From Prevotella sp. (GTDB lineage Bacteria; Bacillota; Clostridia; Lachnospirales; Lachnospiraceae): a DNA stretch of 63,962 bases. Shown one piece after another: positions 45,167 to 58,470 of the stretch; position 1 is the stretch's first letter; each line of letters opens with the position of its first letter. The DNA lies in assembly GCA_963616205.1 (NCBI GenBank), contig CAVEKJ010000001.1:1-63962 (forward strand), in the 5' to 3' direction. The position numbers and the translations under genes were made by a program. The notes under the pieces were generated by a model. It was not told the DNA's origin, did not search any database, and saw nothing but the letters and a program-made list of their open reading frames with translations.

Positions 45167-46030
45167 ATGAAACAAACCGGAAAACTATACTTATGCGCCA
45201 CCCCCATAGGCAACCTCGAAGACATCACCCTTCGAGTTCTAAGAACCCTTCGGGAAGTGGACTTAATCGCTGCGGAGGATACCCGCAACAGCATTAAACT
45301 GCTGAATCATTTTGACATAAAAACTCCCATGACCAGTTATCATGAGTATAACAAGATCGACAAAGGTCACGTTCTCATAGAAAAAATGCTGGCAGGTACA
45401 AATATTGCGTTAATTACAGATGCAGGTACTCCAGGTATCTCAGATCCTGGAGAGGAACTCGCAGCTATGTGCTATGAAGCAGGTATCGAAGTGACTTCAC
45501 TTCCAGGTCCTGCTGCTTGTATTACAGCATTAACATTGTCTGGTCTGCACACCAGACGTTTTGCTTTCGAGGCTTTTCTTCCGGCAGATAAGAAAGAGCG
45601 GAAAACGATCCTTGAGGAGCTTTCCAATGAGACGAGGACTATTATCCTGTATGAGGCGCCTCACAGGCTTGTACGGACTCTTGGCGAGCTCAGGGAGGCA
45701 CTTGGTAACCGCAGGATGACTCTTTGCAGGGAGCTGACCAAGAAGCATGAGACTGCGTTCCGGACAACCATTGATGATCTGATGGATTTTTATAAAGATG
45801 AGAAGCCGTTGGGCGAGTGTGTTCTTGTGATCGAGGGCAGAAGCCGAAGCGAGATGGAAGCGGAGAAAAGGGCTTCCTGGGAGGAAATTTCCATTGCGGA
45901 GCATGTGGCGATGTATGAGCAGCAGGGGAATTCCAGAAAGGATGCCATGAAGCTTGCTGCTAAGGATCGAGGTGTTTCCAAGAGGGATATTTATAAGGCA
46001 CTGCTTGATGGAGAGGATTCTGAAGAGTAG
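45167..46030 (+). CDS. rsmI: 16S rRNA (cytidine1402-2'-O)-methyltransferase RsmI
   Basis: LYLCATPIGNLEDIT, AAEDTR, TDAGTPGISDPG, YEAPHR, CRELTKKHE; GAGG RBS before ATG 45167. Confidence 0.96.
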   Translation: MKQTGKLYLCATPIGNLEDITLRVLRTLREVDLIAAEDTRNSIKLLNHFDIKTPMTSYHEYNKIDKGHVLIEKMLAGTNIALITDAGTPGISDPGEELAAMCYEAGIEVTSLPGPAACITALTLSGLHTRRFAFEAFLPADKKERKTILEELSNETRTIILYEAPHRLVRTLGELREALGNRRMTLCRELTKKHETAFRTTIDDLMDFYKDEKPLGECVLVIEGRSRSEMEAEKRASWEEISIAEHVAMYEQQGNSRKDAMKLAAKDRGVSKRDIYKALLDGEDSEE

Positions 46031-46444
46031 AGGTGAGGCTGCCAGCTTGACCCGAATCAAGAAAGTCCCCTGCGGGGTTGCGAATATCTGCTTGACTGTG
46101 TAAGCTGTATATGTTTAAGAAAACTGTATGTTGCATTTTTCCGGAATGTGGAAAAGTGGACATGCAGTTTTTTGGTTTCAGATATTTTTCGCGGTACGAT
46201 TGTATGATAAAACGTACTGCGCGGATTTTGTCGAAATGATTTGCTTGCAGTATAGACCATATTGTGGTAAGCTGATTTTATCAAATAATCAAAAGCATAT
46301 TTTTCTAAAATAATCTAATTATTCTATTACATTTCATATATCAGGCAGAGCGCCTGTCATCTCAGAAAATTCATGCTTTTTTCCATTTTTTTCAGCAGGA
46401 GTTTTCAGATGAGGCTCCTTAAGATCTGAGCAGAGGAGTCGTGT

Positions 46445-47446
46445 ATGATCGTAAATGAAAACAGAACAAATAGCTCTAAACCGTTGCAGTGGCATCCTGC
46501 ATTTTTTGCCGATATACAGATAGAACTGGAGGCAGAGAGGGAGAATTTAGTTTTTGAGAATGAGCATCAGCTTGGAACAAAGCCTATGGAAATCGATGCA
46601 CTTGTGATCAAAAAGAAAAAAGATATTCCCATCAATAAGAATATCGGCAGGATCTTCCGTAAATATAATATCATTGAGTATAAAAGTCCGACGGATTATA
46701 TAAGTATCAATGATTTTTATAAGGTTTGCGGATATGCGTTTTTCTACAAAGCAGATACGGTAATTGAGGATGAAATTCCAATTGATGAGATTACGATCTC
46801 TCTGGTAAGTAGAACATATCCCAGGAAAATGCTCCGCCATTTGCGGGAGTTTTGGAAATGTCAGATAAAAAAGATGGAAAATGGAATTTATTACGTAACA
46901 GGACCGAAAATTCCAATCCAGGTTATTGTAACAGAGCAATTATCAAAAGAGAAAAATCTGTGGCTGAGAAGTCTGACTGACAGAATGAAGGATAAGCAGG
47001 ATATGAAGCGACTTCTCAATGAGTACAGAGAGAAACAGAAAAATCCTTTATATGAAGCGGTTATGCAGATGATCGTAAGGGCTAATGAAGAAAAATTCAG
47101 GGAGGCGGATTGTATGTGTGAAGCATTAAATCAGATTATACAGGATCAGATCGAGGAGAAGATAAGAAAAAGTTTACAGGCTGGTTATGATAAGGGGTAT
47201 GGAATGGGGATGCAGGACGGAAAAAAGGATGGGATGCAGCAGGGAATGCAACAGGGAATGCAACAGGGAATGCAACAGGGAATGCAACAGGGAATACAGC
47301 AGGGAATGTTGCAGGGAGAACATAGTATTAACAGTTTGATTTTGTGCCTTGCGGAGCTGGGAAGAACGGATGATATTATAAGATCTGCATCAGATCCGGA
47401 ATATCAGAAGAAGCTGTTAAAAGAATTTGGACTTTTACAAGGGTAG
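46445..47446 (+). CDS. Rpn-like PD-(D/E)XK family protein with C-terminal QGM repeats
   Basis: QWHPAF, KPMEIDALVIKK, NIIEYKSPTD; 12-bp tandem repeat encoding MQQG at ~47233-47320. Confidence 0.78.
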   Translation: MIVNENRTNSSKPLQWHPAFFADIQIELEAERENLVFENEHQLGTKPMEIDALVIKKKKDIPINKNIGRIFRKYNIIEYKSPTDYISINDFYKVCGYAFFYKADTVIEDEIPIDEITISLVSRTYPRKMLRHLREFWKCQIKKMENGIYYVTGPKIPIQVIVTEQLSKEKNLWLRSLTDRMKDKQDMKRLLNEYREKQKNPLYEAVMQMIVRANEEKFREADCMCEALNQIIQDQIEEKIRKSLQAGYDKGYGMGMQDGKKDGMQQGMQQGMQQGMQQGMQQGIQQGMLQGEHSINSLILCLAELGRTDDIIRSASDPEYQKKLLKEFGLLQG

Positions 47447-47629
47447 ATATGTATTTTTGTGTAAGAAAAGAACGTTTTGTGCCCATGCTTTGAGATTGCA
47501 TTTAATAAGATACTTTTTTACCAGCATTTCCTATGATTTTGCGTGGAAATACAGGCTTTTTTGTGATATAATAAATCTGTACGAATATGTAAAAAATCAG
47601 TTGTTTTACAGGTATAAATGACGTTTCTG

Positions 47630-49734
<2,105 letters not shown>

Positions 49735-49748
49735 GAGAATAAAGAAGA

Positions 49749-52304
49749 ATGGAAGATAATATTTTTGACAAAGTCCACGAAGTGGATTTGGAAAAAACTA
49801 TGAAAGAATCTTACATCGACTATGCCATGAGTGTTATCGCCTCACGAGCTCTGCCGGATGTAAGAGACGGCCTGAAGCCGGTACAGCGCCGAGTGCTGTA
49901 TTCCATGATCGAGCTGAACAATGGTCCTGACAAGCCACACAGAAAATGTGCGCGTATTGTCGGTGATACCATGGGTAAATATCACCCGCATGGTGACAGC
50001 TCCATCTATGGTGCGCTGGTTAATATGGCCCAGGAATGGTCCACAAGATATCCGCTTGTTGACGGACATGGAAACTTCGGTTCCGTGGATGGTGACGGCG
50101 CCGCAGCTATGCGATACACAGAGGCCCGTCTCAGCAAGATTTCCATGGAGATGCTTGCTGACATCAATAAAGATACCGTTGATTTCCAGCCGAACTTTGA
50201 TGAGACAGAACGTGAGCCGGTTGTACTTCCGGCACGTTTTCCGAACCTGCTGGTAAATGGTACTACAGGTATCGCGGTAGGTATGGCGACCAACATTCCA
50301 CCGCATAACCTTCGTGAGACCGTTAATGCCGTTGTGAAGATCATTGACAATATTGTGGAGGAGGACCGTGAGACAGCAATCGAGGAACTTCTTGAAATCG
50401 TCAAGGGTCCGGACTTCCCAACAGGAGCAACGATCCTCGGCACACGTGGAATTGAAGAAGCATATCGTACAGGACGTGGAAAGATCCGTGTCCGTGCTGT
50501 GACAAATATCGAGACTTTGCCGAATGGTAAATCCCGTATCGTAGTTACTGAGCTTCCGTACCTTGTAAACAAGGCACGTCTCATTGAAAAGATCGCAGAG
50601 CTTGTCCGCGACAAAAAGATCGACGGAATTACAGACCTGAACGACCATTCCAGCCGTGAGGGTATGCGTATCTGTATTGACCTTCGTAAGGATGCCAATG
50701 CCAACGTGATCCTGAACCTGCTTTACAAACATACACAGCTGCAGGATACTTTTGGTGTGATCATGCTTTCCCTCGTTCCGAATCATGGAAGCATGGAACC
50801 AAAGGTTCTCAATCTGAAAGAGATGCTGGAGTATTATCTGGAGCATCAGGAGAATGTTGTCCGCAGAAGAACACAGTATGATCTCAATAAAGCTCAGGAG
50901 AGAGCCCATATTTTGGAAGGTCTCCTGAAAGCACTTGATAATATCGATGAGGTAATCCGTATCATCCGTGGTTCCCGTAATGTACAGATCGCCAAGCAGG
51001 AGCTGATCGAACGTTTTGAGCTGACGGATGTACAGGCTCAGGCAATCGTGGATATGCGTCTCCGTGCACTGACAGGTCTGGAAAGAGAGAAGCTGGAAGC
51101 AGAATATGCAGAACTTATGGAGAAGATCCGCAAGTTCCAGGCAATCCTTGCTGACCGTAAGCTCCTTCTTCGTGTGATTCGTGAGGAGATCCTTGCTATT
51201 GCTGAGAAATATGGCGATGACAGAAAGACTTCCATCGGATACGATGTATACGATATTTCCACAGAAGATCTGATCCCGAGAGAGAATACCGTGATCACAA
51301 TGACCAAGCTTGGTTATATCAAACGTATGACCGTTGACAACTTCCGCAGCCAGAACCGTGGCGGCAGAGGAATCAAGGGTATGCAGACTATTGAGGACGA
51401 CTATATTGAGGAACTTCTGATGACAACGACGCATCATTATCTCATGTTCTTTACCAATACCGGACGTGTATACAGACTGAAGGCATATGAGATCCCTGAG
51501 GCCAGTCGTACAGCCAGAGGAACAGCGATCATCAACCTTCTGCAGCTTGCACCGGGCGAAAAGATCACTGCTGTGATCCCGCTTCGCAAATATGAAGAGG
51601 GTCATTATCTGATGATGGCGACCAAGAAAGGTCTTGTAAAGAAAACTCCGATCAAAGATTATGAGAATGTCCGTAAGACAGGTCTTACAGCGATCGTTCT
51701 CCGTGATGACGATGAGCTGATCGAGGTTAAGTCTACCGACAATGAAAAAGATATCATCCTTGTAACCAAAGACGGACAGTGTATCCGCTTTAAGGAGACA
51801 GATGTCCGCAGCACAGGTCGTGCGTCCATGGGCGTAAGAGGTATGAACCTTGGAGATGGCGATGAAGTGGTAGCCATGCAGTTGAATACCCAGGGAGATT
51901 ATCTGCTGGTAGCTTCTGAGAACGGAATGGGTAAACGTACCGCAATGAGCGAGTTTGTTGTCCAGAACCGTGGCGGTAAAGGTGTGAAGTGCTACAAGAT
52001 CACGGAGAAGACCGGAAATGTCGTTGGTGCAAAAGCTGTCAACGAAGAGAATGAGATCATGATGATCACTACAGAAGGTATCATTATCCGTCTGCAGTGT
52101 GCGGACATCTCAGTTCTTGGAAGAATCACTTCCGGTGTGAAGATGATCAATCTTACAGATGGTGTAACCGTTGCAAGTATCGCTAAAGTAAGAGATAAAG
52201 ACCCGGAGGCAGATGCAAACTCTGAAGAAGCTGTCAGAGAGAGCGATGATAACGGGGAAGAAAAATCCGCAGATGAAGCTGTCACAGGCAGTGAAGAAGA
52301 ATAG
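49749..52304 (+). CDS. gyrA: DNA gyrase subunit A
   Basis: [32 protein letters not shown], GyrA-box QNRGGRG. Confidence 0.98.
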   Translation: MEDNIFDKVHEVDLEKTMKESYIDYAMSVIASRALPDVRDGLKPVQRRVLYSMIELNNGPDKPHRKCARIVGDTMGKYHPHGDSSIYGALVNMAQEWSTRYPLVDGHGNFGSVDGDGAAAMRYTEARLSKISMEMLADINKDTVDFQPNFDETEREPVVLPARFPNLLVNGTTGIAVGMATNIPPHNLRETVNAVVKIIDNIVEEDRETAIEELLEIVKGPDFPTGATILGTRGIEEAYRTGRGKIRVRAVTNIETLPNGKSRIVVTELPYLVNKARLIEKIAELVRDKKIDGITDLNDHSSREGMRICIDLRKDANANVILNLLYKHTQLQDTFGVIMLSLVPNHGSMEPKVLNLKEMLEYYLEHQENVVRRRTQYDLNKAQERAHILEGLLKALDNIDEVIRIIRGSRNVQIAKQELIERFELTDVQAQAIVDMRLRALTGLEREKLEAEYAELMEKIRKFQAILADRKLLLRVIREEILAIAEKYGDDRKTSIGYDVYDISTEDLIPRENTVITMTKLGYIKRMTVDNFRSQNRGGRGIKGMQTIEDDYIEELLMTTTHHYLMFFTNTGRVYRLKAYEIPEASRTARGTAIINLLQLAPGEKITAVIPLRKYEEGHYLMMATKKGLVKKTPIKDYENVRKTGLTAIVLRDDDELIEVKSTDNEKDIILVTKDGQCIRFKETDVRSTGRASMGVRGMNLGDGDEVVAMQLNTQGDYLLVASENGMGKRTAMSEFVVQNRGGKGVKCYKITEKTGNVVGAKAVNEENEIMMITTEGIIIRLQCADISVLGRITSGVKMINLTDGVTVASIAKVRDKDPEADANSEEAVRESDDNGEEKSADEAVTGSEEE

Positions 52305-52318
52305 TTCGAGGATAAGTC

Positions 52319-52948
52319 ATGACGACGACAAAGAAAAAACGCAGAAAAAAATCTGTGAAGAAATTGAAATACTCCAATAAAAAACTGAATTTTGTCCATA
52401 TTGCGACACTGGCGGGAATCATTCTGGTCCTGCTGGTGATCGTTCTGGCAGCCAGAGGCTGTGGAAAGATCAGCCACAGAACTCCGGAGGGAGTTGTGGA
52501 AGGTTACATCAAAGCAGCGGTAGACGGCAAGGACAAAAAAATGCAGGGCTGTTACAGTGCGGATAAAGTATCGGATGAGGCAAAAACAGAGATTTCTTCC
52601 ACGATCAAATATTTTCAGGCCCATGGAGCAAAGGACGTAAATATTGACAGTTGTGGAGCTGTTTCTGAAAGCAAGAATTATTCGTATGTCTATATCCGTT
52701 ATAATCTTGTACTGGAAAACGATCAGGAATATCCCTGTATCAGTACCTACCTTGTAAAAGTTCAGGATAAAAAGTATTATCTGTACGCGCCTTCGGAGAT
52801 TTCAGACAAGATCAGCCAGCAGGCTGCAAAAGATTATCAGAAATTTATGACAACGAAGACGTACACAGACTATACGAAAGCTTATGAAGTTTTTCTGAAA
52901 AAGAATCCGGGATATGAGGATAAGATCGCAGGTAAACTGAACGGATAA
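52319..52948 (+). CDS. Hypothetical membrane-anchored protein (NTF2-like extracellular domain possible)
   Basis: Basic N-terminus, one TM, TPEGVVEGYIKA motif. Confidence 0.6.
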   Translation: MTTTKKKRRKKSVKKLKYSNKKLNFVHIATLAGIILVLLVIVLAARGCGKISHRTPEGVVEGYIKAAVDGKDKKMQGCYSADKVSDEAKTEISSTIKYFQAHGAKDVNIDSCGAVSESKNYSYVYIRYNLVLENDQEYPCISTYLVKVQDKKYYLYAPSEISDKISQQAAKDYQKFMTTKTYTDYTKAYEVFLKKNPGYEDKIAGKLNG

Positions 52949-52971
52949 AACAGAGGCAGGAGGATGCAAGA

Positions 52972-53682
52972 ATGAAACGAATTTTGCTGATGGTATTCAG
53001 GAATCTGTTCTTTGTTCCTTACTGGTGGATCAAGCTTTGCTGGTATGCAGCTCATACGGATGATTATCCGGAAGCGAAGAAATATGCATTCCTGAGACAT
53101 GTAGATGAGCATGCTATTGAAGGTGGTAATATCCACATTGATGTGCATGGTCAGGAAAACATTCCCAAAGAAAATGGATTTATGTTTTTCCCGAATCACC
53201 AGGGACTGTTTGATGTACTGGCGATCATCAAGGCATGCCCGGTTCCTTTTTCTGTGGTAGCTAAGAAAGAAGTGGGAGATATCCCATTCCTGAAGCAGGT
53301 TTTTGCCTGCATGAAGGCTTTTATCATTGACAGAGAAGACCTGAAGCAGTCCATGCAGGTCATTGTCAACGTGATCCGGGAAGTAAAGGCAGGACGTAAT
53401 TATCTGATCTTTCCGGAGGGAACCAGAAGTAAGAATGGAAACCATCCGGGAACATTTAAAGGCGGCAGCTTTAAGACTGCGACCAAAACAAAATGCCCGA
53501 TCGTTCCGGTTGCACTGATCGATTCTTTTAAAGCATTTGATACCGGTTCTACAGAGAGAATTACGGTACAGGTGCACATCCTTCCTCCGATGTATTATGA
53601 AGAGTATAAGGATATGCATACCACAGAGATTGCAGAAGAAGTGAAGAAACGGATCGAGAAAGTGATCGAAGAGAATACCTGA
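52972..53682 (+). CDS. plsC: 1-acyl-sn-glycerol-3-phosphate acyltransferase
   Basis: NHQGLFD, IFPEGTRS, FKGG, PIVPV. Confidence 0.9.
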   Translation: MKRILLMVFRNLFFVPYWWIKLCWYAAHTDDYPEAKKYAFLRHVDEHAIEGGNIHIDVHGQENIPKENGFMFFPNHQGLFDVLAIIKACPVPFSVVAKKEVGDIPFLKQVFACMKAFIIDREDLKQSMQVIVNVIREVKAGRNYLIFPEGTRSKNGNHPGTFKGGSFKTATKTKCPIVPVALIDSFKAFDTGSTERITVQVHILPPMYYEEYKDMHTTEIAEEVKKRIEKVIEENT

Positions 53683-53710
53683 TAAAAACATGATATAAGA
53701 TAAAAACATA

Positions 53711-53760
53711 AAATACTCCGATGATGTTGAGATGAAAATATCATTGGAGTATTTTTTTAC
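53711..53760 (+). terminator. Terminator after plsC
   Basis: AAAATACTCCGATGAT..ATCATTGGAGTATTTTTTT. Confidence 0.75.
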
Positions 53761-53897
53761 TTTTTTGAAATGTGTATATTGCACAAAAACGAAACGTTTT
53801 ATTTGTGAATTGTTAAGCGTATACAACTAAAAAGTTTGATGGTAACATATAAGCATCTGTTGAAAATGAACAAAAAATATAAAAAGAGGGCTGCAAA

Positions 53898-55364
53898 ATG
53901 AAAAAAGAAGAGTATCTTTCCCTGATCGACGAAGTGATCGCGCAGGGACCATATACGGATACGTGGGATTCTCTCTGTGAACATCCTACACCGAAGTGGT
54001 ACGCAAGAGACAAATTTGGAATTTTTATCCACTGGGGTGTTTACAGCGTTCCGGCATTCGGAAACGAGTGGTATCCAAGAAACATGTATATAAAAGGCTC
54101 CAAAGAGAACCTGCATCATGTAGAGAAATATGGAACCCTGGATAAATTCGGTTATAAAGATTTTATTCCACAGTTTAAGGCAGAGAAATTTGATCCAAAA
54201 GAATGGGCGGCACTTTTTAAAGAGGCGGGTGCGAAATTCGTAGTTCCGGTTGCGGAGCACCATGATGGATTTCAGATGTATGCCAGTGATCTTTGCCGCT
54301 GGAATGCTGCTGAGATGGGACCGAAGAGAGATATCCTCGGAGAGCTTAAGACAGAAGTTGAAAAAGAAGGAATGGTTCTCGGCGCTTCTTCTCACAGAGC
54401 AGAGCATTACTGGTTTTTTAATGGAGGACGGCAGATCCCGGAAGCAGATGTCAATGATTCGGAATATGCGGATCTGTACGGACCGGCAGCAGGAATTACC
54501 CGGGATATGAGTGATATCTATGACAATCCGCCATCGGAGGAGCACATGCAGGACTGGCTTGTACGTACATGTGAGATCGTGGATAAATATCAGCCATCTA
54601 TCGTATATTTCGACTGGTGGATCCAGCAGTATGCGTGGAAACCATACCTTCGTAAATTTGCGGCATATTATTACAACCGTTCTGCACAGTGGGGAAAAGA
54701 AACTGCCATTGATGCGAAATTTGACGCATATGTTTACGGTAGTGCAGTCAATGACCTGGAGCGAGGCCAGTTAGACCATATCACACCGGATCTGTGGCAG
54801 AATGATACTTCCGTAGCGAAAAATTCTTGGGGTTATACCATCGGAAATGATTACAAGAAACCTTCTGATGTAGTACTGGATCTGGTTGATGTAGTCAGCA
54901 AAAATGGCGCACTTCTTCTCAACATCGGACCGAAGCCGGACGGCACGATCCCGGAAGAAGATGCATATATCCTGAGAGAAATGGGAAAATGGCTGAAAGT
55001 AAACGGCGAAGCAATTTACGGAACCAGATACTGGAAAGTATTTGGAGAAGGCCCGACGGTGGTTCCGGAAGGTCATTTCACGGATACCTATGATAAGCAT
55101 TTTACGTCTGAGGATATCCGCTTTACCAGCAAGAGCAATCATATTTACGCAACAGTCCTTCATTGGCCAGAGGATGGAGAGATCCATATCAAATCTCTTG
55201 GAAACGATATGAAACTCCTGAAATCTACGATCCGAGATATCGAGATCCTGGGAACGGATCTGCACCCGTCATATGCGAGAAACAAAGAGCTGGATATTTC
55301 CTGCGGCAGAGGTACAGTTGATGCGGGGGATATGCCGGTTGTACTGAAGATCACGATAGAATAA
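53898..55364 (+). CDS. Alpha-L-fucosidase (GH29)
   Basis: KFGIFIHWGVYSVP, EWY, AEHHDGF, YFDWW, VSKNGALLLNIGP. Confidence 0.93.
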   Translation: MKKEEYLSLIDEVIAQGPYTDTWDSLCEHPTPKWYARDKFGIFIHWGVYSVPAFGNEWYPRNMYIKGSKENLHHVEKYGTLDKFGYKDFIPQFKAEKFDPKEWAALFKEAGAKFVVPVAEHHDGFQMYASDLCRWNAAEMGPKRDILGELKTEVEKEGMVLGASSHRAEHYWFFNGGRQIPEADVNDSEYADLYGPAAGITRDMSDIYDNPPSEEHMQDWLVRTCEIVDKYQPSIVYFDWWIQQYAWKPYLRKFAAYYYNRSAQWGKETAIDAKFDAYVYGSAVNDLERGQLDHITPDLWQNDTSVAKNSWGYTIGNDYKKPSDVVLDLVDVVSKNGALLLNIGPKPDGTIPEEDAYILREMGKWLKVNGEAIYGTRYWKVFGEGPTVVPEGHFTDTYDKHFTSEDIRFTSKSNHIYATVLHWPEDGEIHIKSLGNDMKLLKSTIRDIEILGTDLHPSYARNKELDISCGRGTVDAGDMPVVLKITIE

Positions 55365-55495
55365 ATTACCGGATCATAAATTATCGGAGAATAGATGGGG
55401 AATATTGCCGGAACTGTTCCGGCAGAAGAAAAATTCAGGAAAATCAGCAAAAACTTATATATAACAGATAACAGAAAGGGTATGGGGATTACACT

Positions 55496-56818
55496 ATGGA
55501 AAACAAAAGATACACAGGAAACTGGAACTCTGTAAACACACACACTGTTCCAAAATGGTATGAAGACTGTAAATTTGGAATTTTTATCCACTGGGGAATT
55601 TATTCCGTGCCGGCTTTTGCGCCACATACATGGGAGCTGGGAGAAGTTGATTCCAAAGAGTGGTTCGCGGATAATCCGTATGCAGAATGGTACTACAATT
55701 CACTGAACATCGGAAAAGGCCCTACATATGAACATCATATTGAAAAATATGGAAAAGACTTCAAATACGAAGATTTCATCCCAATGTGGAAAGCAGAGAA
55801 CTGGGACCCGAAACAGTGGGCAGAGATCTTCAAGGAAGCAGGAGCTGAGTATGTTGTCCTGACAACCAAACATCACGATGGTTTTTGCCTGTTCCCAAGT
55901 AAGTATACCCACTTCAATTCCGTAGAAATGGGCCCGAAGAGAAATATCACCGGTGAGCTGACAGAAGCTGTCCGTGATGCAGGAATCCGCATGGGACTGT
56001 ATTATTCCGGACTGATCGACTGGCAGTATGCAAACGATCCTATTTTTGAGGATGATGACCTTTTTGGAACAGCCAGCCCGACCTTTGCATATGCTGATTA
56101 TTCCTACAACCAGATGAATGAGCTGGTAGATGATTACGCACCGAGCGTTTTCTGGAATGATATCGGATGGCCAAAACAGAGCGAAGAGATGATGCCGTAT
56201 TTCTTTGCACATTATTACAATAAGGTGCCGGAAGGTGTGGTAAATGATCGTTTTAATGGCCGTTATCACGATTTCCTGACCAAAGAGTACAAATCCGGTT
56301 CTGTAAATCGAAATGAGAAATGGGAAATGTGCCGTGGAATGGGCTTGTCCTTCGGCTACAATGCAAATGAGGGCGATGACCAGCTGATCTCTGTTCCGGA
56401 TCTGATCTCACTTCTTGTTGGAACTGTGGCAAATAACGGAAACCTGCTTCTGAATATCGGACCAAAACCTGATGGAACTATTCCGGAAGAGCAGGTAAAG
56501 AGACTGAAGATCCTTGGCGCATGGCTGAAAGTAAACCATGATGGCATTTACGGCACACGCTGCAGCGACCGCGAATCCGAGATGATCGAGAACGGAATCG
56601 AGCTGCATTATACACAGAAAGACGGAAACCTCAACGTGTTTGCAGATCATCTGAAAGCAGGCGCAAATGAGTTCCTGATCAAGGGCTATCATGGACAGCT
56701 GAGACCATTTGATACGGCGATCAAAGTAGAAACAGAAGACACAGAAGCAGGACTTCTGGTAAAGATTCCTGAGTACACAGAAGACAAGTATGTAGTTGGA
56801 TTAACAAATAGATTCTAA
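55496..56818 (+). CDS. Alpha-L-fucosidase (GH29)
   Basis: KFGIFIHWGIYSVP, PYAEWY, TKHHDGF, WNDIGWP, NGNLLLNIGP. Confidence 0.93.
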   Translation: MENKRYTGNWNSVNTHTVPKWYEDCKFGIFIHWGIYSVPAFAPHTWELGEVDSKEWFADNPYAEWYYNSLNIGKGPTYEHHIEKYGKDFKYEDFIPMWKAENWDPKQWAEIFKEAGAEYVVLTTKHHDGFCLFPSKYTHFNSVEMGPKRNITGELTEAVRDAGIRMGLYYSGLIDWQYANDPIFEDDDLFGTASPTFAYADYSYNQMNELVDDYAPSVFWNDIGWPKQSEEMMPYFFAHYYNKVPEGVVNDRFNGRYHDFLTKEYKSGSVNRNEKWEMCRGMGLSFGYNANEGDDQLISVPDLISLLVGTVANNGNLLLNIGPKPDGTIPEEQVKRLKILGAWLKVNHDGIYGTRCSDRESEMIENGIELHYTQKDGNLNVFADHLKAGANEFLIKGYHGQLRPFDTAIKVETEDTEAGLLVKIPEYTEDKYVVGLTNRF

Positions 56819-56825
56819 ATACTGA

Positions 56826-56860
56826 AAAAAGAGGACCGGATATGCGCCGGTCCTTCTGTT
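56826..56860 (+). terminator. Hairpin/terminator after the fucosidases
   Basis: GAGGACCGG-ATATGCG-CCGGTCCTT. Confidence 0.6.
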
Positions 56861-56925
56861 ACCATATGAGCAAATGGCAGAACAGATCATGGACATCCGG
56901 TCAATTTTCAAGGAGGGAGAGTTTT

Positions 56926-58218
56926 ATGTTTAGGAAAAAGATCGCAATACTGTTATCAACGGCAATGATCCTGACAGGGTCCTGTGTACCTTCCGTGGCT
57001 GCACACGCACAGACTGGTTATGCAGATGGAACCGCACAGGAAGCAACAGGAACACAAAGCACCGCAAAGATCATCGCAAAAGGCTCCTGCGGAAAAAGTG
57101 CTACGTATCGTTTATATTCCAATGGATATCTCCTGATCCAGGGGAAAGGGGAGGTTAAGGTTACGGACAGTTTTTCGAATAAAAATTCGGAAATAAAGAA
57201 GGCGACTGTTGCGTCCGGGATTACCAGAATTGATGACAGAACATTTTCAGGATGTGAAAATTTAAAAAGTATTTCATTGCCAGGGACTTTGCGGAGTATT
57301 GGAGTCCGGGCATTTGGGGACACAGCGATTACCAGCATTAAACTTCCTTATGGACTGAAAGAGATAGGTGCGTATGCATTTTATCATAGTAAACTTACCA
57401 GTCTGGATGTGCCGGATACAGTGACGAAAATTGATGAATATGCATTCAGTTACTGTTATGATCTTGCATCGCTCAGCATTCCAGGAAGTATGAAAGTGTT
57501 ACCGGAAGCGTTAGTTGAGGCAGATCGGAAATTAAAGAAAGTGACTTTGGGGAATGGAGTTAAGGAAATTGGAAGAACTACTTTCAGAAGCTGTGGTCTG
57601 ACAAACATAAGCTTTCCGGAGAGTGTTACAGTTATTGGAGAAGACGCCTTTTCTTTTTGCCCAAATTTATGGAAAGTAACGTTGCCAAAGAAACTTACAG
57701 ATATTGGAGTCGGTGCATTTGATTCCTGCAGAAAACTTAGCACGATCACAATCCCCGCCAGTGTAAAAAGGATCCAACGGCTTGCTTTTTATGATTGCAC
57801 ATCCATGAAAAAGATTACGATCCTGAACAGTAAGACGGTAATAGGAGACAGGGCGATGGGCTATAATTTCAATGGCGAAAAAAACAAAACCCTTGTCATC
57901 GCCGGAAAAAAAGGTTCTACCGCACAGACTTACGCAAAGAAAAACGGCTTCCGTTTTCTGAGCAGTACTGCCGCAGTAAAAACCGTAAAGATGACCGGCG
58001 TACCTAAAACAAAAACCATACTTCGTGGAAAAACATACACGATCCAGGCAGTGACCGTGCCGTATTACAGTGATGAGAAGATCACTTTCAAATCTTCTGA
58101 TCCAAAGATCGCCACAGTAAATTCCCTGGGAGTCGTAAAGGGAATCCGAAAAGGAACCGCAGTGATCACCGTACAGAGCGGAGCGAAAAAACTGAACTGT
58201 AAGATAACCGTGAAGTAA
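56926..58218 (+). CDS. BspA-type leucine-rich repeat (LRR_5) surface protein with C-terminal Big_2 Ig-like domain
   Basis: Signal peptide; repeated L..I.LP..L..IG..AF; KSSDPKIATVNSLGVVKG; AGGAGG RBS. Confidence 0.88.
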   Translation: MFRKKIAILLSTAMILTGSCVPSVAAHAQTGYADGTAQEATGTQSTAKIIAKGSCGKSATYRLYSNGYLLIQGKGEVKVTDSFSNKNSEIKKATVASGITRIDDRTFSGCENLKSISLPGTLRSIGVRAFGDTAITSIKLPYGLKEIGAYAFYHSKLTSLDVPDTVTKIDEYAFSYCYDLASLSIPGSMKVLPEALVEADRKLKKVTLGNGVKEIGRTTFRSCGLTNISFPESVTVIGEDAFSFCPNLWKVTLPKKLTDIGVGAFDSCRKLSTITIPASVKRIQRLAFYDCTSMKKITILNSKTVIGDRAMGYNFNGEKNKTLVIAGKKGSTAQTYAKKNGFRFLSSTAAVKTVKMTGVPKTKTILRGKTYTIQAVTVPYYSDEKITFKSSDPKIATVNSLGVVKGIRKGTAVITVQSGAKKLNCKITVK

Positions 58219-58470
58219 CGGCAAAGCAGGCGTACACAAAGCTGCCATGCCAGTGGCAGGATACAAAAGAAAATAAAAACAGAAACCCGGCAGATAAAAC
58301 ATGGAAAGTTTTCACATGTGCATCTGCCGGATTTTTATAGTAGAAAAAAAGCATAAAAATGTCTGTAAATAGACAAAATATGACAAAAATATTCTAAACA
58401 AAGCTTGATTAAATATGCTGAAAAATTTATAATTTTAATATAAATGTGCATTGGAAAATGGGGGAAATCT

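Noticed and set aside
58219..58262. Possible c-di-GMP-I riboswitch (GGCAAA..CAAAGC..GCCAGTGGCA)
   Set aside because: Lacks the GAAA-capped P2 stem and P3, is too short, and lies upstream of a terminator-like hairpin.
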